Below are positions 36,701 through 45,712 of a DNA stretch of 64,000 nucleotides, piece by piece. Source of the DNA: Escherichia phage VEc25. A program made the position numbers and the translations under genes. Location: the sequence record MW175414.1. The stretch is one strand, 5' to 3'. The number at the start of each line of letters is the position of its first letter. Position 1 is the first letter of the stretch. Below the pieces are notes generated by a model, which was given only the letters and a program-made list of their open reading frames with translations, searched no databases and was not told the DNA's origin.

Positions 36701-38279
36701 CAACAGCATCACGAATAGTAACTTCTGCTTCTGGTGCTTGAGCCATAGCTTCTTGTGCTGCCTGTGCAACATAGTCATCAGCAACAGGAGATGCTTCTTC
36801 ATTCTGCTTCATAACCCGTTCACCACGAGCTACCAAAGTGTTCTTAATAGGGGAAACAACCTTACCTGCTACACTACCAGCAGCTTTAACACCAGCCATT
36901 GTGGTACGCAATACAGGAGCAGTTGCAGCACCTGCTAAACGAGCAGCACCAGCCGGAGCCTGTACAACACCAGCAGAACCAAAGCCATAAAGAGCACCTA
37001 AACCAGCTTGTGTACCGACACCTTTAAGCAGGTCTTGGTTCTTATCAATGTTTTGTTGCTGTGCAATATTCTGAGCCAGTTGGCCTGTAGCACCCTGAAC
37101 ACCTTCTTCCACTGTTTCACGGGCAAGGTTCATACCTACAGCACCTAAAGAACCAGCACGGAAAGGAGCCATCTCAAAACGAGATACCAGAGGACCAGTT
37201 GCAGCAGCAATAGGTAATTGAATAGCAGCAGCAGTAAGACCAGTTTCAGATGCAGTCTGACGACGAGCCTGTTCTGGAGACATACCATCTTTAATATGTT
37301 GTTGATAAACAGGAGACTTCTCTAAGTCTTTAAGACTCATCTTCATAATTTCATCAGCAGTTTGTTGGTATGCACCACCAGCTTCCATTGCACCAACACC
37401 AACTATACCTGGTGCAGCTCTGCCTACAGTAGAAGCAATACGAGCCAGGGACTGAGTACCAGTACCTGCATCAATAGCACCAGCCAATGCAGCACTACGA
37501 AGAGTATTTACTGGAACAACTGCTTTACCCAGTAAAGATGCACCCCTTAATACAGGACCAGCACCTAATAGAGAACCTACCCCTTCCGCTAACCCATCAG
37601 AAATAATAGAGTCAGTTTGAGCAGCGTTCTCAATTGAACCTACAAAATCACGTCCAAATTTAGATAAGGAAGCTACTATGTCATTAGTGCCTTCTTTCTT
37701 ATCTGTTTGATACTGACGTTCACTCTCTACTTCACTCATTAAGTTACGAGCAGCAAAGAGCTTACGTTTATCTTGTAATGCTTGGCTTTGGGTAGCATGG
37801 ACAGCATCATTAAACTTACTCAATTGTTGAGCAACAACAGCACCTGCATCATCGTTGAGTAAGCCTGCTCCAAGAGCACCAATGCCCCCAAGGGTATTAA
37901 CAAAACCAAGACCAACACCAGTAGCAATATCCCCCAGTTCTTCCCCAGGAGTTCTTGTAGTAACTGAATCATTAAATACCTGGTTCCCTGCATCAGCACG
38001 AGCGTTGATAAGTTGTAAGCCTTGCTCAACCCCATACTTATTCATGATTTGCATTGGAGTCAGATTCATGAAATCTGATTGCACTGTCCCTGGTTCAAAT
38101 GCATTAGCCCCAACATTACCAGTACGGGCAGCTTGCATTTGATAAGCAGCATCAGGAGAAACAAGAGGAGTAGTGACACCTTGTTCAGCTTTCTTCTGGG
38201 CGGTTGCAGTAGAGACGTCAACTTGCTTTGCATTGGTTACGCTGTCTGCGAACCCAGCCAGTCTATCAAATACTGACAT
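27777..38279 (-). CDS. Virion-encapsidated RNA polymerase (N4 vRNAP-like giant protein, ~3500 aa)
   Basis: Single ~10.5-kb ORF; track start 38297 is TTG, ATG at 38279 with AGGAAA SD gives 3500 aa; position at the end of the leftward late block matches N4-type phages. Confidence 0.8.
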   Translation of the reverse strand: MSVFDRLAGFADSVTNAKQVDVSTATAQKKAEQGVTTPLVSPDAAYQMQAARTGNVGANAFEPGTVQSDFMNLTPMQIMNKYGVEQGLQLINARADAGNQVFNDSVTTRTPGEELGDIATGVGLGFVNTLGGIGALGAGLLNDDAGAVVAQQLSKFNDAVHATQSQALQDKRKLFAARNLMSEVESERQYQTDKKEGTNDIVASLSKFGRDFVGSIENAAQTDSIISDGLAEGVGSLLGAGPVLRGASLLGKAVVPVNTLRSAALAGAIDAGTGTQSLARIASTVGRAAPGIVGVGAMEAGGAYQQTADEIMKMSLKDLEKSPVYQQHIKDGMSPEQARRQTASETGLTAAAIQLPIAAATGPLVSRFEMAPFRAGSLGAVGMNLARETVEEGVQGATGQLAQNIAQQQNIDKNQDLLKGVGTQAGLGALYGFGSAGVVQAPAGAARLAGAATAPVLRTTMAGVKAAGSVAGKVVSPIKNTLVARGERVMKQNEEASPVADDYVAQAAQEAMAQAPEAEVTIRDAVEATDATPEQKVAAHQYVSDLMNATRFNPENYQEAPEHIRNAVAGSTDQVQVIQKLADLVNTLDESNPQALMEAASYMYDAVSEFEQFINRDPAALDSIPKDSPAIELLNRYTNLTANIQNTPKVIGALNVINRMINESAQNGSLDVTEESSPQEMQNVALAAEVAPEKLNPESVNVVLKHAADGRIKLNNRQIAALQNAAAILKGAREYDAEAARLGLRPQDIVSKQIKTDESRTQEGQYSALQHANRIRSAYNSGNFELASAYLNDFMQFAQHMQNKVGALNEHLVTGNADKNKSVHYQALTADREWVRSRTGLGVNPYDTKSVKFAQQVALEAKTVADIANALASAYPELKVSHIEVTPLDSRLNAPAAEVVKAFRQGNRDVASSQQKADSVNQVKETPVTKQEPVTSTVQTKTPVSEPVKTEPTTKESRPQAIKEPVSQSEKRDVNLTNEDNIKQPTESVKETETSAKESTVTEELREGIDAVYPSLVGTADSKAEGIKNYFKLSFTLPEEQKSRTVGSEAPLKEVAQALSSRARYELFTEKEVANPAFNGEVIKRYKELMEHGEGIAGILRSRLAKFLNTKDVGKRFAQGTEANRWVGGKLLNIVEQDGDTFKYNEQLLQTAVLAGLQWRLTATSNTAIKDAKDVAAITGIDQALLPEGLVEQFDTGMTLTEAVSSLAQKIESYWGLSRNPNAPLGYTKGIPTAMAAEILAAFVESTDVVENIVDMSEIDPDNKKTIGLYTITELDSFDPINSFPTAIEEAVLVNPTEKMFFGNDIPPVANTQLRNPAVRNTPEQKAALKAEQATEFYVHTPMVQFYETLGKDRILELMGAGTLNKELLNDNHAKSLEGKNRSVEDSYNQLFSVIEQVRAQSEDISTVPIHYAYNMTRVGRMQMLGKYNPQSAKLVREAILPTKATLDLSNQNNEDFSAFQLGLAQALDIKVHTMTREVMSDELTKLLEGNLKPAIDMMVEFNTTGSLPENAVDVLNTALGDRKSFVALMALMEYSRYLVAEDKSAFVTPLYVEADGVTNGPINAMMLMTGGLFTPDWIRNIAKGGLFIGSPNKTMNEHRSTADNNDLYQASTNALMESLGKLRSNYASNMPIQSQIDSLLSLMDLFLPDINLGENGALELKRGIAKNPLTITIYGSGARGIAGKLVSSVTDAIYERMSDVLKARAKDPNISAAMAMFGKQAASEAHAEELLARFLKDMETLTSTVPVKRKGVLELQSTGAGAKGKINPKTYTIKGEQLKALQENMLHFFVEPLRNGITQTVGESLVYSTEQLQKATQIQSVVLEDMFKQRVQEKLTEKAKDPTWKKGDFLTQKELNDIQASLNNLAPMIETGSQTFYIAGSENAEVANQVLATNLDDRMRVPMSIYAPAQAGVAGIPFMTIGTGDGMMMQTLSTMKGAPKNTLKIFDGMNIGLNDITDASRKANEAVYTSWQGNPIKNVYESYTKFMKNVDFSKLSPEALEAIGKSALEYDQRENATVDDIANAASLIERNLRNIALGVDIRHKVLDKVNLSIDQMAAVGAPYQNNGKIDLSNMTPEQQADELNKLFREELEARKQKVAKAKAEVKEETVSEKEPVNPDFGMVGREHKASGVRILSATAIRNLAKISNLPSTQAATLAEIQKSLAAKDYKIIYGTPTQVAEYARQKNVTELTSQEMEEAQAGNIYGWTNFDDKTIYLVSPSMETLIHELVHASTFEEVYSFYQGNEVSPTSKQAIENLEGLMEQFRSLDISKDSPEMREAYADAIATIEGHLSNGFVDPAISKAAALNEFMAWGLANRALAAKQKRTSSLVQMVKDVYQAIKKLIWGRKQAPALGEDMFSNLLFNSAILMRSQPTTQAVAKDGTLFHSKAYGNNERLSQLNQTFDKLVTDYLRTDPVTEVERRGNVANALMSATRLVRDVQSRGFNMTAQEQSVFQMVTAALATEAVIDPHAMARAQELYTHVMKHLTVEHFMADPDSTNPADRYYAQQKYDTISGANLVEVDAKGRTSLLPTFLGLAMVNEELRSIIKEMPVPKADKKLGNDVDTLLTNTGTQVMESLNRRMAGDQKATNVQDSIDALSETIMTAALKRESFYDAVATPTGNFIDRANQYVTDSIERLSETVIEKADKVIANPSNVAAKGVAHLAKLTAAIASEKQGEIVAQGVMTAMNQGKVWQPFHDLVNDIVGRTKTNANVYDLIKLVKSQISQDRQQFREHLPTVIAGKFSRKLTDTEWSAMHTGLGKTDLAVLRETMSMAEIRDLLSSPKKVKDEISTLEKEIQNQAGRNWNLVQKKSKQLAQYMITGEVGNNLLRNAHAISRLLGERITNGPVADVAAIDKLITLYSLELMNKSDRGLLSELAQSEVEGMEFSIAYMVGQRTEEMRKAKSDNRTLLNHFKGYIPVENQQGVNLIIADDKEFAKLNSQSFTRIGTYQGSTGFRTGSKGYYFSPVAARAPYSQGILQNVRNTAGGVDIGTGFTLGTMVAGRITDKPTVERITKALAKGERGREPLMPIYNSKGQVVAYEQSVDPNMLKHLNQDNHFAKMVGVWRGRQVEEAKAQRFNDILIEQLHAMYEKDIKDSSASKSQYVNLLGKIDDPVLADAINLMNIETRRKAEELFGKDELWVRRDMLNDALGYRAASIGDVWTGNSRWSPSTLDTVKKMFLGAFGNKAYHVVMNAENTIQNLVKDAKTVIVVKSVVVPAVNFLANIYQMIGRGVPVKDIAVNIPRKTSEINQYIKSRLRQIDAEAELRAAEGNPNLVRKLKTEIQSITDSHRRMSIWPLIEAGEFSSIADAGISRDDLLVAEGKIHEYMEKLANKLPEKVRNAGRYALIAKDTALFQGIQKTVEYSDFIAKAIIYDDLVKRKKKSSSEALGQVTEEFVNYDRLPGRFRGYMESMGLMWFYNFKIRSIKVAMSMIRNNPVHSLIATVVPAPAMFGNVGLPIQDNMLTMLAEGRLDYSLGFGQGLRAPTLNPWFNLTH

Positions 38280-38297
38280 AGTAGGTTTCCTATACAA

Positions 38298-38340
38298 ACT
38301 TATATCTATTAGAAATCACACTATACCTAGTGTAAGGACG
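38298..38340 (-). promoter_or_regulatory. Candidate promoter for the vRNAP gene
   Basis: Minus-strand read: TTACAC, 17 nt, CTAATA/TAATAG upstream of the SD; sits just downstream of a minus-strand terminator. Confidence 0.2.
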
Positions 38341-38364
38341 AGAAAAAAGCCCCGAAGGGCTTTT
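38341..38364 (-). terminator. Rho-independent terminator (minus strand)
   Basis: AAGCCC/GGGCTT stem, 4-nt loop, then TTTTTTCT on the minus strand. Confidence 0.5.
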
Positions 38365-38379
38365 GTATTATGGTAGAAA

Positions 38380-40314
38380 TTAACGAGGAAATATATCAGG
38401 GATACCCAATCGACGTCCGGCATCTCTGCCTAAACTTCTCCGGTTTGCCTCGCTCTCTTCCTGTTTAATATTTTGTAGGCTCTTAATATCCAAATTCTGA
38501 GGGTCAGCAGCTACAGCATTACGAGCACCATCAAGAAGACGTTTAGCAGTGTTAACTCGCTCTTGATAGCGAGGTAGTACACTTCTAAGGTTTTCCTGAC
38601 CGGTCTGAATACGACGCTGTACTTCACGTAAATCAGCAAGTGCAGTATCTAACGTATTCTGTGCTGCATAGATGTTTGATTGAATTTGTGCAGTAAGCTG
38701 ATTACGAGCATTCTGTTCAATAGCAGTACCAGTAGTTGCAAGTTTTGCATTTGCTTCTACGGCTGCTTTATCCAGTTGGTAATCACCGCCCAAATCAATA
38801 ACATCAGTATCAAAGGCATTTCGAATACCACTAAACCATCCCTCTGGTTTACCAGTGATACTACGTTGAATGATTGCTCCTGCCATAGCGGGAGAAATAG
38901 CATTCTGTTTTGCTACCTCATTGATTTGTCGAACCAGTGCACCTTGGTTAATGCCTTTCAGTTCATTGCTATCAATAATACGTTTAGCCACCTGACCAGT
39001 CGTAGAAGGGTCAACAGTAGCAGCTTGGTATTCAGGCAGCAGAGTATTACCAATATTCTGCATATTACGAGTACCAACAGTATTACCAGCAACAGAAGTG
39101 AATGCTTGTTCTTGTAATGGATTAATAGAATTACCTGTTTCTGCTTGAGCAATGTAATCCTTCATTTCATCCCATGACAGGTTCTTATAAGCACCAGGAG
39201 TATCATCTGGTAAAGCAGCCCATGTACTCTTCAGATTGCCATTCTTACGGGCATTAAAAATAGCTTCACCCAGTTTGTCTTGGTTCTCCGGAGACATAGG
39301 AATGTTCTGCCAATCTTCACCAAATACCTTTGGAGCAAAGTCTTTAAGGGTATCTTGGTTAATCTGGTATGCACCAACAGGAGAAGCACCTAGTGTCTTC
39401 TTCATAGTGTCTTGATGCTGAACCACCTCACCTAAGTTCATCTGAGTAATAGGTACATCAGTTGGTGTGAACTTATAGGTAGTGTCATATGCAGAACCAT
39501 TCCGAGTACCCTGAGTACCAGGAGGAGATAGAGATGCAGAACCAGTTCCCGGGGTATATGCACCTGGATATGCTCTATCTAACTGAGATAGTGCACGACT
39601 TACTGCTCCTGGTGACATTTGGTCGAACGTACCCTCTGCAAGCATACGAGCATCGTCAGCACTGTATGCACCACGACGAATATTATTCAGTAACTGCATA
39701 GCAGCCTGAGTATCCGCATCGTTACGCATATCAACACCTAAGTCGAATAAGCTACGACGTTGACCAATACCAGCAGTACCCTGCCCTTGAAGGTTGTTCA
39801 TGTAGTCCATAACAACACCAGCAGGAAGGGTTTTTAATACATCCCCATACTGAGCCTGTGCTGCCTGAACCTTTCTTGGGTCACCAGATTGATAAGCCAG
39901 AGCCAATTCCTGCAATGCAGGAGCAGCAGCATCAGTAGCTGCATTTACCTTCATGATTCTGTCATTACTGTATCGAGTGAAATCCAGATTTTGTTGTTTA
40001 GATGCTTGGTCTAACAGATTGCCAGCACGATTATCTAAGTTCTCCATAGTACGAGAAGAAATTAGAGAAGGGTCATAGCCAGCAAATAATGCTCCAGAAG
40101 CTAAGGCATTACGATACTCATTAGGGTCTTGGTAACGCATGGCTTCAGCCATAATTGCATCACCAGCTTGCTGTCTTGCAGAGTTTCGAAAATCACCTAA
40201 TGCATTACTCAATCCGGCAGTGGCATTACCCAGCATATTGGAGAAAGTACGAATACTATCCCCAACACCAGAGAAAGAAGGAGCATCAACATTACGCCAG
40301 GTTATCTGACTCAT
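38380..40314 (-). CDS. Virion structural protein (644 aa)
   Basis: ATG at 40314 (MSQITWRN) with GGAGG SD preferred over the track ATG at 40329; ATGA overlap with upstream gene. Confidence 0.45.
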   Translation of the reverse strand: MSQITWRNVDAPSFSGVGDSIRTFSNMLGNATAGLSNALGDFRNSARQQAGDAIMAEAMRYQDPNEYRNALASGALFAGYDPSLISSRTMENLDNRAGNLLDQASKQQNLDFTRYSNDRIMKVNAATDAAAPALQELALAYQSGDPRKVQAAQAQYGDVLKTLPAGVVMDYMNNLQGQGTAGIGQRRSLFDLGVDMRNDADTQAAMQLLNNIRRGAYSADDARMLAEGTFDQMSPGAVSRALSQLDRAYPGAYTPGTGSASLSPPGTQGTRNGSAYDTTYKFTPTDVPITQMNLGEVVQHQDTMKKTLGASPVGAYQINQDTLKDFAPKVFGEDWQNIPMSPENQDKLGEAIFNARKNGNLKSTWAALPDDTPGAYKNLSWDEMKDYIAQAETGNSINPLQEQAFTSVAGNTVGTRNMQNIGNTLLPEYQAATVDPSTTGQVAKRIIDSNELKGINQGALVRQINEVAKQNAISPAMAGAIIQRSITGKPEGWFSGIRNAFDTDVIDLGGDYQLDKAAVEANAKLATTGTAIEQNARNQLTAQIQSNIYAAQNTLDTALADLREVQRRIQTGQENLRSVLPRYQERVNTAKRLLDGARNAVAADPQNLDIKSLQNIKQEESEANRRSLGRDAGRRLGIPDIFPR

Positions 40315-40847
40315 ACGTATAGCCTCCATCCACGGTGAGATTCACAAGTACCATCTCGCAAACGGTACATTTGCTTACGACTTAACCCGTGCTCACGGCA
40401 GAATTTGTTTAAATTAATAATTTCCACAACATCACCATTGGGGTTTATGTACCAATGAGACTTACTATTAGCCTTAGCTACGTTGTCAGACACTGGGATT
40501 AGTTTACAAACTTTTGGACTATACTCAGGGGCAAGTCCATTATCTTTATCCAACTGGTAGTTATTGTTTTCTGGGTCAATGCCTAAAAGGGAGCAAGTAT
40601 CATAGTACCACTGAGCGAAGTCTTGGTAGTTACCCCATTCTTTACTAACAACAACCCCTTTCGCACCGTATTGGGAATACCCAGGATTAGCCGGATTGTA
40701 GCACCGCATAAACATCCCCCACCATCTTATGTATGCAGAGCATGTTTTACTGCCATCTTTTGTTTTAGTAGAAAACTTACAACCAGAGTTAACCATATGA
40801 GCAGGTTTCCACTGAACGTTAATATTTGAGTTTGGGTATTGTTTCAT
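40311..40847 (-). CDS. Degenerate HNH-like homing-endonuclease-like protein inside the structural module
   Basis: Track start 40874 is GTG; ATG 40847 with AGGAGA SD; motif YIRWWGMFMRCYNPANPGYSQYGAKGVVVSKEW...YQLDKDNG...YSPKVCKL resembles a phage family built as W..M..RC.NP...Y..YGGRGI.V...W...DRIDNNG.Y.P.NCRW (recalled, not searched). Confidence 0.3.
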   Translation of the reverse strand: MKQYPNSNINVQWKPAHMVNSGCKFSTKTKDGSKTCSAYIRWWGMFMRCYNPANPGYSQYGAKGVVVSKEWGNYQDFAQWYYDTCSLLGIDPENNNYQLDKDNGLAPEYSPKVCKLIPVSDNVAKANSKSHWYINPNGDVVEIINLNKFCREHGLSRKQMYRLRDGTCESHRGWRLYV

Positions 40848-40917
40848 AGTTGTTCTCCTAATATTGGCACACACTAACTAAACAATACCCAAATCTCAAT
40901 GAGCCATGTGATACCTC

Positions 40918-41370
40918 TTAACGAGTTAAGCGATTAGCTGCAATGTAAGCATCAGCCGTAGATTGGTCACGATTTTCTGCAACAGCACGACTACGAGCAC
41001 GGTCTTCCAGAGCAGTGTTATAGGACTTAATCTGGTTATTCAGATTAGTGTTAGTAACATCTTTAGCAAAAGAGAACTGATTCTTAGCTAACTTGTTAGC
41101 CTGTAATGCACCATAGATATTACCCAGTGCATTAAGACCACCTAACCCCAACTGGAAGGTAGGAATGTTCAGACCCAGTTGGTCAGTAAGCCCTTGAGTC
41201 TGTCCACCGGTATTCCCTGTAGCACCACCAGTAATGTTCTGAAGCCAGTCATTACTAAGGATGCCGGATTGCATAGGGTTATAGTTCATGGTTGGGGTAT
41301 TAAAGGAACCATATCCATAGCCAAAATTGCTTTGTGCAGATGGGGTTCCAAAAAGGAAATTAGTATCCAT
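40918..41370 (-). CDS. Gly-rich hypothetical virion protein (150 aa)
   Basis: ATG with AGGAGA SD; GGATGNTGGQTQG low-complexity segment. Confidence 0.45.
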   Translation of the reverse strand: MDTNFLFGTPSAQSNFGYGYGSFNTPTMNYNPMQSGILSNDWLQNITGGATGNTGGQTQGLTDQLGLNIPTFQLGLGGLNALGNIYGALQANKLAKNQFSFAKDVTNTNLNNQIKSYNTALEDRARSRAVAENRDQSTADAYIAANRLTR

Positions 41371-41383
41371 AAGGATTCTCCTG

Positions 41384-44041
41384 TTACGTATCTAAATCAA
41401 GCTGCAACGTTATATCTGCAAAGTTGGTAATCATGTTGTTAGACATATCAGCTATATCATGACCAGTCATAAGAGTACGGCTAAGGAATGAATCCAGTGG
41501 TTCAAATTGTTGGCCTACATTAGTTAGGTTCATTGGGTCAATGTAACCCATGCCCTCAGTGCCAAACATTTCCTTGTACTTTTCCTGAATGGTTTTCATC
41601 TGGTCACGGTACTCTGCCATAAGTTTCTCTGTCTTTTTGACAGTTTCCATAGCAGAAGCATTAATGTAATCACTTATGCCATTTCCTACAGATGAAGTGA
41701 GTTTAATGATGTTGTCTGCTTTCATCATTTCACCCAGCATCGTAGACATGGATGAACCAGTGGATAAAGCTGTGCCGACATTCATGGCTACCATAGAGGC
41801 AATAGTAGCAACAATGATTCCAATTTTATCCCCAAGCAGACTAACAGAGACTGTTTGAATAATGGACATCAGAATCATAGCTGCAATGGCATTAGCCACA
41901 GCCCCAACGATAATAGCAGCTAACCCTGCAAAACCTAATGCAGCACCAATAGAAGCAGCAGTACCCATTACCCCAGCACCAGCAGCAGGGGTAAAGAACA
42001 CAGACACCACTACTGCAACAACAACCACTACTACTTTAAAGATGCCAGACTGATACCATTTCTTCTTAACTTTCTTATATGAGTTAAGAACCAGATAACA
42101 ACATGCAGTAGATAACTGAGTACCATTTACCAAAGACATACTACGATAAATGTTGTTATGAAGCGGGATGATAAATCCGGACTCTTCATCATCATTTAGT
42201 GCATCTACACCAGAAATGCTTACAGACTTATTCTTGTAAACATTATTGTTATGGTTCAGGCCATAGACAGAAATCTTCCTCCATGAATTATCCCCATCCT
42301 GCCAATACATTGTTATCTTATCTAGCCTGTAGATAGTAAACCCAACTTTGTCATTACCCTTTTCAGAGTACATAACGGCTTTCTGCATAAGGACTACAGT
42401 ACCTTCATAAGCAAACTTGAGCTGCCCTTTCTTGGCTCCAGAGAATGCTTTACCTGAACCAACTGATTCTTCAATGAAGTTCCAACTAATAGTCATGTTG
42501 TAACGGTATCCACCGTTAGAACGAATATTAATGGATTTAGAAGGTATTGTTGGATATACGGGTCTTTTAGGAGGCTTCCCTATGGGAATATCCCTATTAC
42601 CACTGCGAGATTCCCACCATTCCTGATAAGCATCAAAGTCCCTGTTAGCCTGAGCAAAGCCTTCTACCAAAGCATCCATAGTTGGGTAGTTTGGGTCAGC
42701 AGGCATTGATTGATTCACTAACTGGAAGAATCTGTATATGTACTCTTTAGCTGTATTTTCAGGACTATTAAGAGAACAACCAAATACAGCATAGATATAC
42801 TGAATATCACCAATATCTTTGTTCTTCTTCAGGTCATCCATAATGTCAGAAATCTTACCCCCTGTAGCCTTCTTAAAGGCTTTCTTACAAAGAGTATATG
42901 TAGAGCCAGAAATCCAGTTCTTATCACTACGGATAGGGATGAATGAATAGAATCTGTTATTGGTCGTCTTATTAATAAACAGAGCATCAAGGATGGCATT
43001 ACCACTGTTCTGTTTATAAATAAACAATTGAGGCATACCACCAGCAGACATAGTAGTAACTACATCTGTATTCTGATAAGACCATGTATAACCTAAAGTA
43101 TCTGTAGTTACTGTAGTAGTTCTGGTTTCAGTAACCCCACCACCTAAATCAATAACTTCAGTGTTTGTAGTGGAACCAGTAGATACAGTGCCAGTCTGTA
43201 CCTGGGTCATTGTAGTCTTACGAATAATGATTAAGCCTACTTCACTTGGTTCACGAAATTCTTTCTCGTAAACATCTGAGAAGTTAGTCCAACTAACCTG
43301 TTCTTCTTCAGTATTGGTACTTTCCTCATCAGGTCTGCCATCAGAGAATACACTCTTAATATGAGTAACTGTCTTCAGGGTAGCTGACTTAGGAGTATGG
43401 TTCTGAGATACCTGAGTCCATTCAGAAGTAGAAGGTAAGTCATCAGCAGATGATACAGGTACAACAGGGTGAACCACTGGGTCTGCAACACTAGTAGGCT
43501 GTATGTAGTAATAGTTCACATACAGATACATTGCATCCTGACTGAAATTCTCTGGGTAAAAGGATAACTCACTACCATCAGTAGCAGTGAGTACAATCCT
43601 GTCATCATCCATGATATCTATTTCAAACTCTTCAGTAATACGGTCTGGATAATTCTCATAGAGGAATTTATCAGCCCATTCCTCAAAATCACCAAATCCA
43701 ATCCTACTGCTCTGAACCTGTACCTCATAACCTGCTTTTTGAGGAACTTGCCATTTAACTACTTCAGGGTCTATCTGAGACAGTATTGACAAGTTCCCGT
43801 AAGCAATACCAATTGAAGGGTCATAGTTAGTTGCAGCCCAACCAGGGAATCTACGTAAACGAATACCAGGTCCATTTAAATAAGAGTCAGTGATGGTATC
43901 ACCCATACTAAAGTCAGATTTACTGACGATGTTACCAATCACCGTAGTCTTTAAATAATTTGGACGTTTATGTATATCCCCTGCCAAATTGTAGACAGAG
44001 GATGCTACGTAGATTTTAGTCTTACTGCTAAACAGTCCCAT
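41384..44041 (-). CDS. Large internal virion protein with C-terminal multi-transmembrane region (candidate ejection protein)
   Basis: 885 aa; C-terminal ~220 aa hold several hydrophobic helices (VVVVVVAVVVSVFF..., AAIIVGAVANAIAAMILM...). Confidence 0.45.
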   Translation of the reverse strand: MGLFSSKTKIYVASSVYNLAGDIHKRPNYLKTTVIGNIVSKSDFSMGDTITDSYLNGPGIRLRRFPGWAATNYDPSIGIAYGNLSILSQIDPEVVKWQVPQKAGYEVQVQSSRIGFGDFEEWADKFLYENYPDRITEEFEIDIMDDDRIVLTATDGSELSFYPENFSQDAMYLYVNYYYIQPTSVADPVVHPVVPVSSADDLPSTSEWTQVSQNHTPKSATLKTVTHIKSVFSDGRPDEESTNTEEEQVSWTNFSDVYEKEFREPSEVGLIIIRKTTMTQVQTGTVSTGSTTNTEVIDLGGGVTETRTTTVTTDTLGYTWSYQNTDVVTTMSAGGMPQLFIYKQNSGNAILDALFINKTTNNRFYSFIPIRSDKNWISGSTYTLCKKAFKKATGGKISDIMDDLKKNKDIGDIQYIYAVFGCSLNSPENTAKEYIYRFFQLVNQSMPADPNYPTMDALVEGFAQANRDFDAYQEWWESRSGNRDIPIGKPPKRPVYPTIPSKSINIRSNGGYRYNMTISWNFIEESVGSGKAFSGAKKGQLKFAYEGTVVLMQKAVMYSEKGNDKVGFTIYRLDKITMYWQDGDNSWRKISVYGLNHNNNVYKNKSVSISGVDALNDDEESGFIIPLHNNIYRSMSLVNGTQLSTACCYLVLNSYKKVKKKWYQSGIFKVVVVVVAVVVSVFFTPAAGAGVMGTAASIGAALGFAGLAAIIVGAVANAIAAMILMSIIQTVSVSLLGDKIGIIVATIASMVAMNVGTALSTGSSMSTMLGEMMKADNIIKLTSSVGNGISDYINASAMETVKKTEKLMAEYRDQMKTIQEKYKEMFGTEGMGYIDPMNLTNVGQQFEPLDSFLSRTLMTGHDIADMSNNMITNFADITLQLDLDT

Positions 44042-44044
44042 GTA

Positions 44045-44953
<909 letters not shown>

Positions 44954-44961
44954 TCATTGGT

Positions 44962-45002
44962 TCATTAAAAGAAAACGGCTCACGGTTTTACCCAGTGAGC
45001 CG
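44962..45002 (-). terminator. Rho-independent terminator (minus strand)
   Basis: CGGCTCAC/GTGAGCCG stem followed on the minus strand by TTTTCTTTTAAT. Confidence 0.5.
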
Positions 45003-45023
45003 TGCTGACTTACAGATTAACTC

Positions 45024-45650
45024 TTATTGAGAGTCTACGCTACCAGCAGCAATCTGAGCAGCAGCCAGAGTTTGCAATTCTTCCTTAGTCAGTGGAGGCA
45101 GAACTTCAATGGCAAACTCACGTACCCATGCAGACGTAATATTAGGCTGACCATTCTTACCTTTGGTAACTCGAATGTTCAGGAACTTACGTTCTTTGAG
45201 GAAGTTATAAATACAGTAAGGGATGTGATAGCCCTCATCAGTAGCTTCACCAAATGGAACGAATTTACGAACAGTACCAATATATTCGTTAGCTACTGTA
45301 ATAATCTCACCAGGCAGGTCTTTCTTCTTAGGGTCAAGGTTCTGAATACGTACTCGAACCAGCTTTAATTGTTCTAAGCGTTGCTGGTGACGTAAAGAAG
45401 TTGCCGTAGTTACTGTACCTGTAGACAGAGCCAGAGGATTAGGCTGAGGTTCTACTGGTTCCTGAGCTTTATTTTCCTGTGCTGCTTCAATCTTCTTACG
45501 AAGAGTTTCAGCACTAATATTATTTGAGTATGAAATACCCATCATATTAGCTCGTTGTTTCAGCAGAGAAAGTTCATCAACCTTAACTTCATCAACGGTG
45601 TCATCGTTGCCCTGAGTTAAATCAGCGGTCGGTTTATCGTTAATGCTCAT
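45024..45650 (-). CDS. Hypothetical structural protein (208 aa)
   Basis: ATG with AGGAT SD; immediately downstream of the capsid gene terminator. Confidence 0.4.
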   Translation of the reverse strand: MSINDKPTADLTQGNDDTVDEVKVDELSLLKQRANMMGISYSNNISAETLRKKIEAAQENKAQEPVEPQPNPLALSTGTVTTATSLRHQQRLEQLKLVRVRIQNLDPKKKDLPGEIITVANEYIGTVRKFVPFGEATDEGYHIPYCIYNFLKERKFLNIRVTKGKNGQPNITSAWVREFAIEVLPPLTKEELQTLAAAQIAAGSVDSQ

Positions 45651-45661
45651 GTGTATATATC

Positions 45662-45695
45662 CTATTCATAAAGTAAGGGGAGGTTTCCCTCCCCC
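45662..45695 (-). terminator. Terminator/attenuator hairpin after the capsid gene (minus strand)
   Basis: GGGGAGG/CCTCCCC stem, TTTC loop, followed on the minus strand by TTACTTTAT. Confidence 0.45.
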
Positions 45696-45712
45696 TGATG
45701 TTAGCCCAACTA

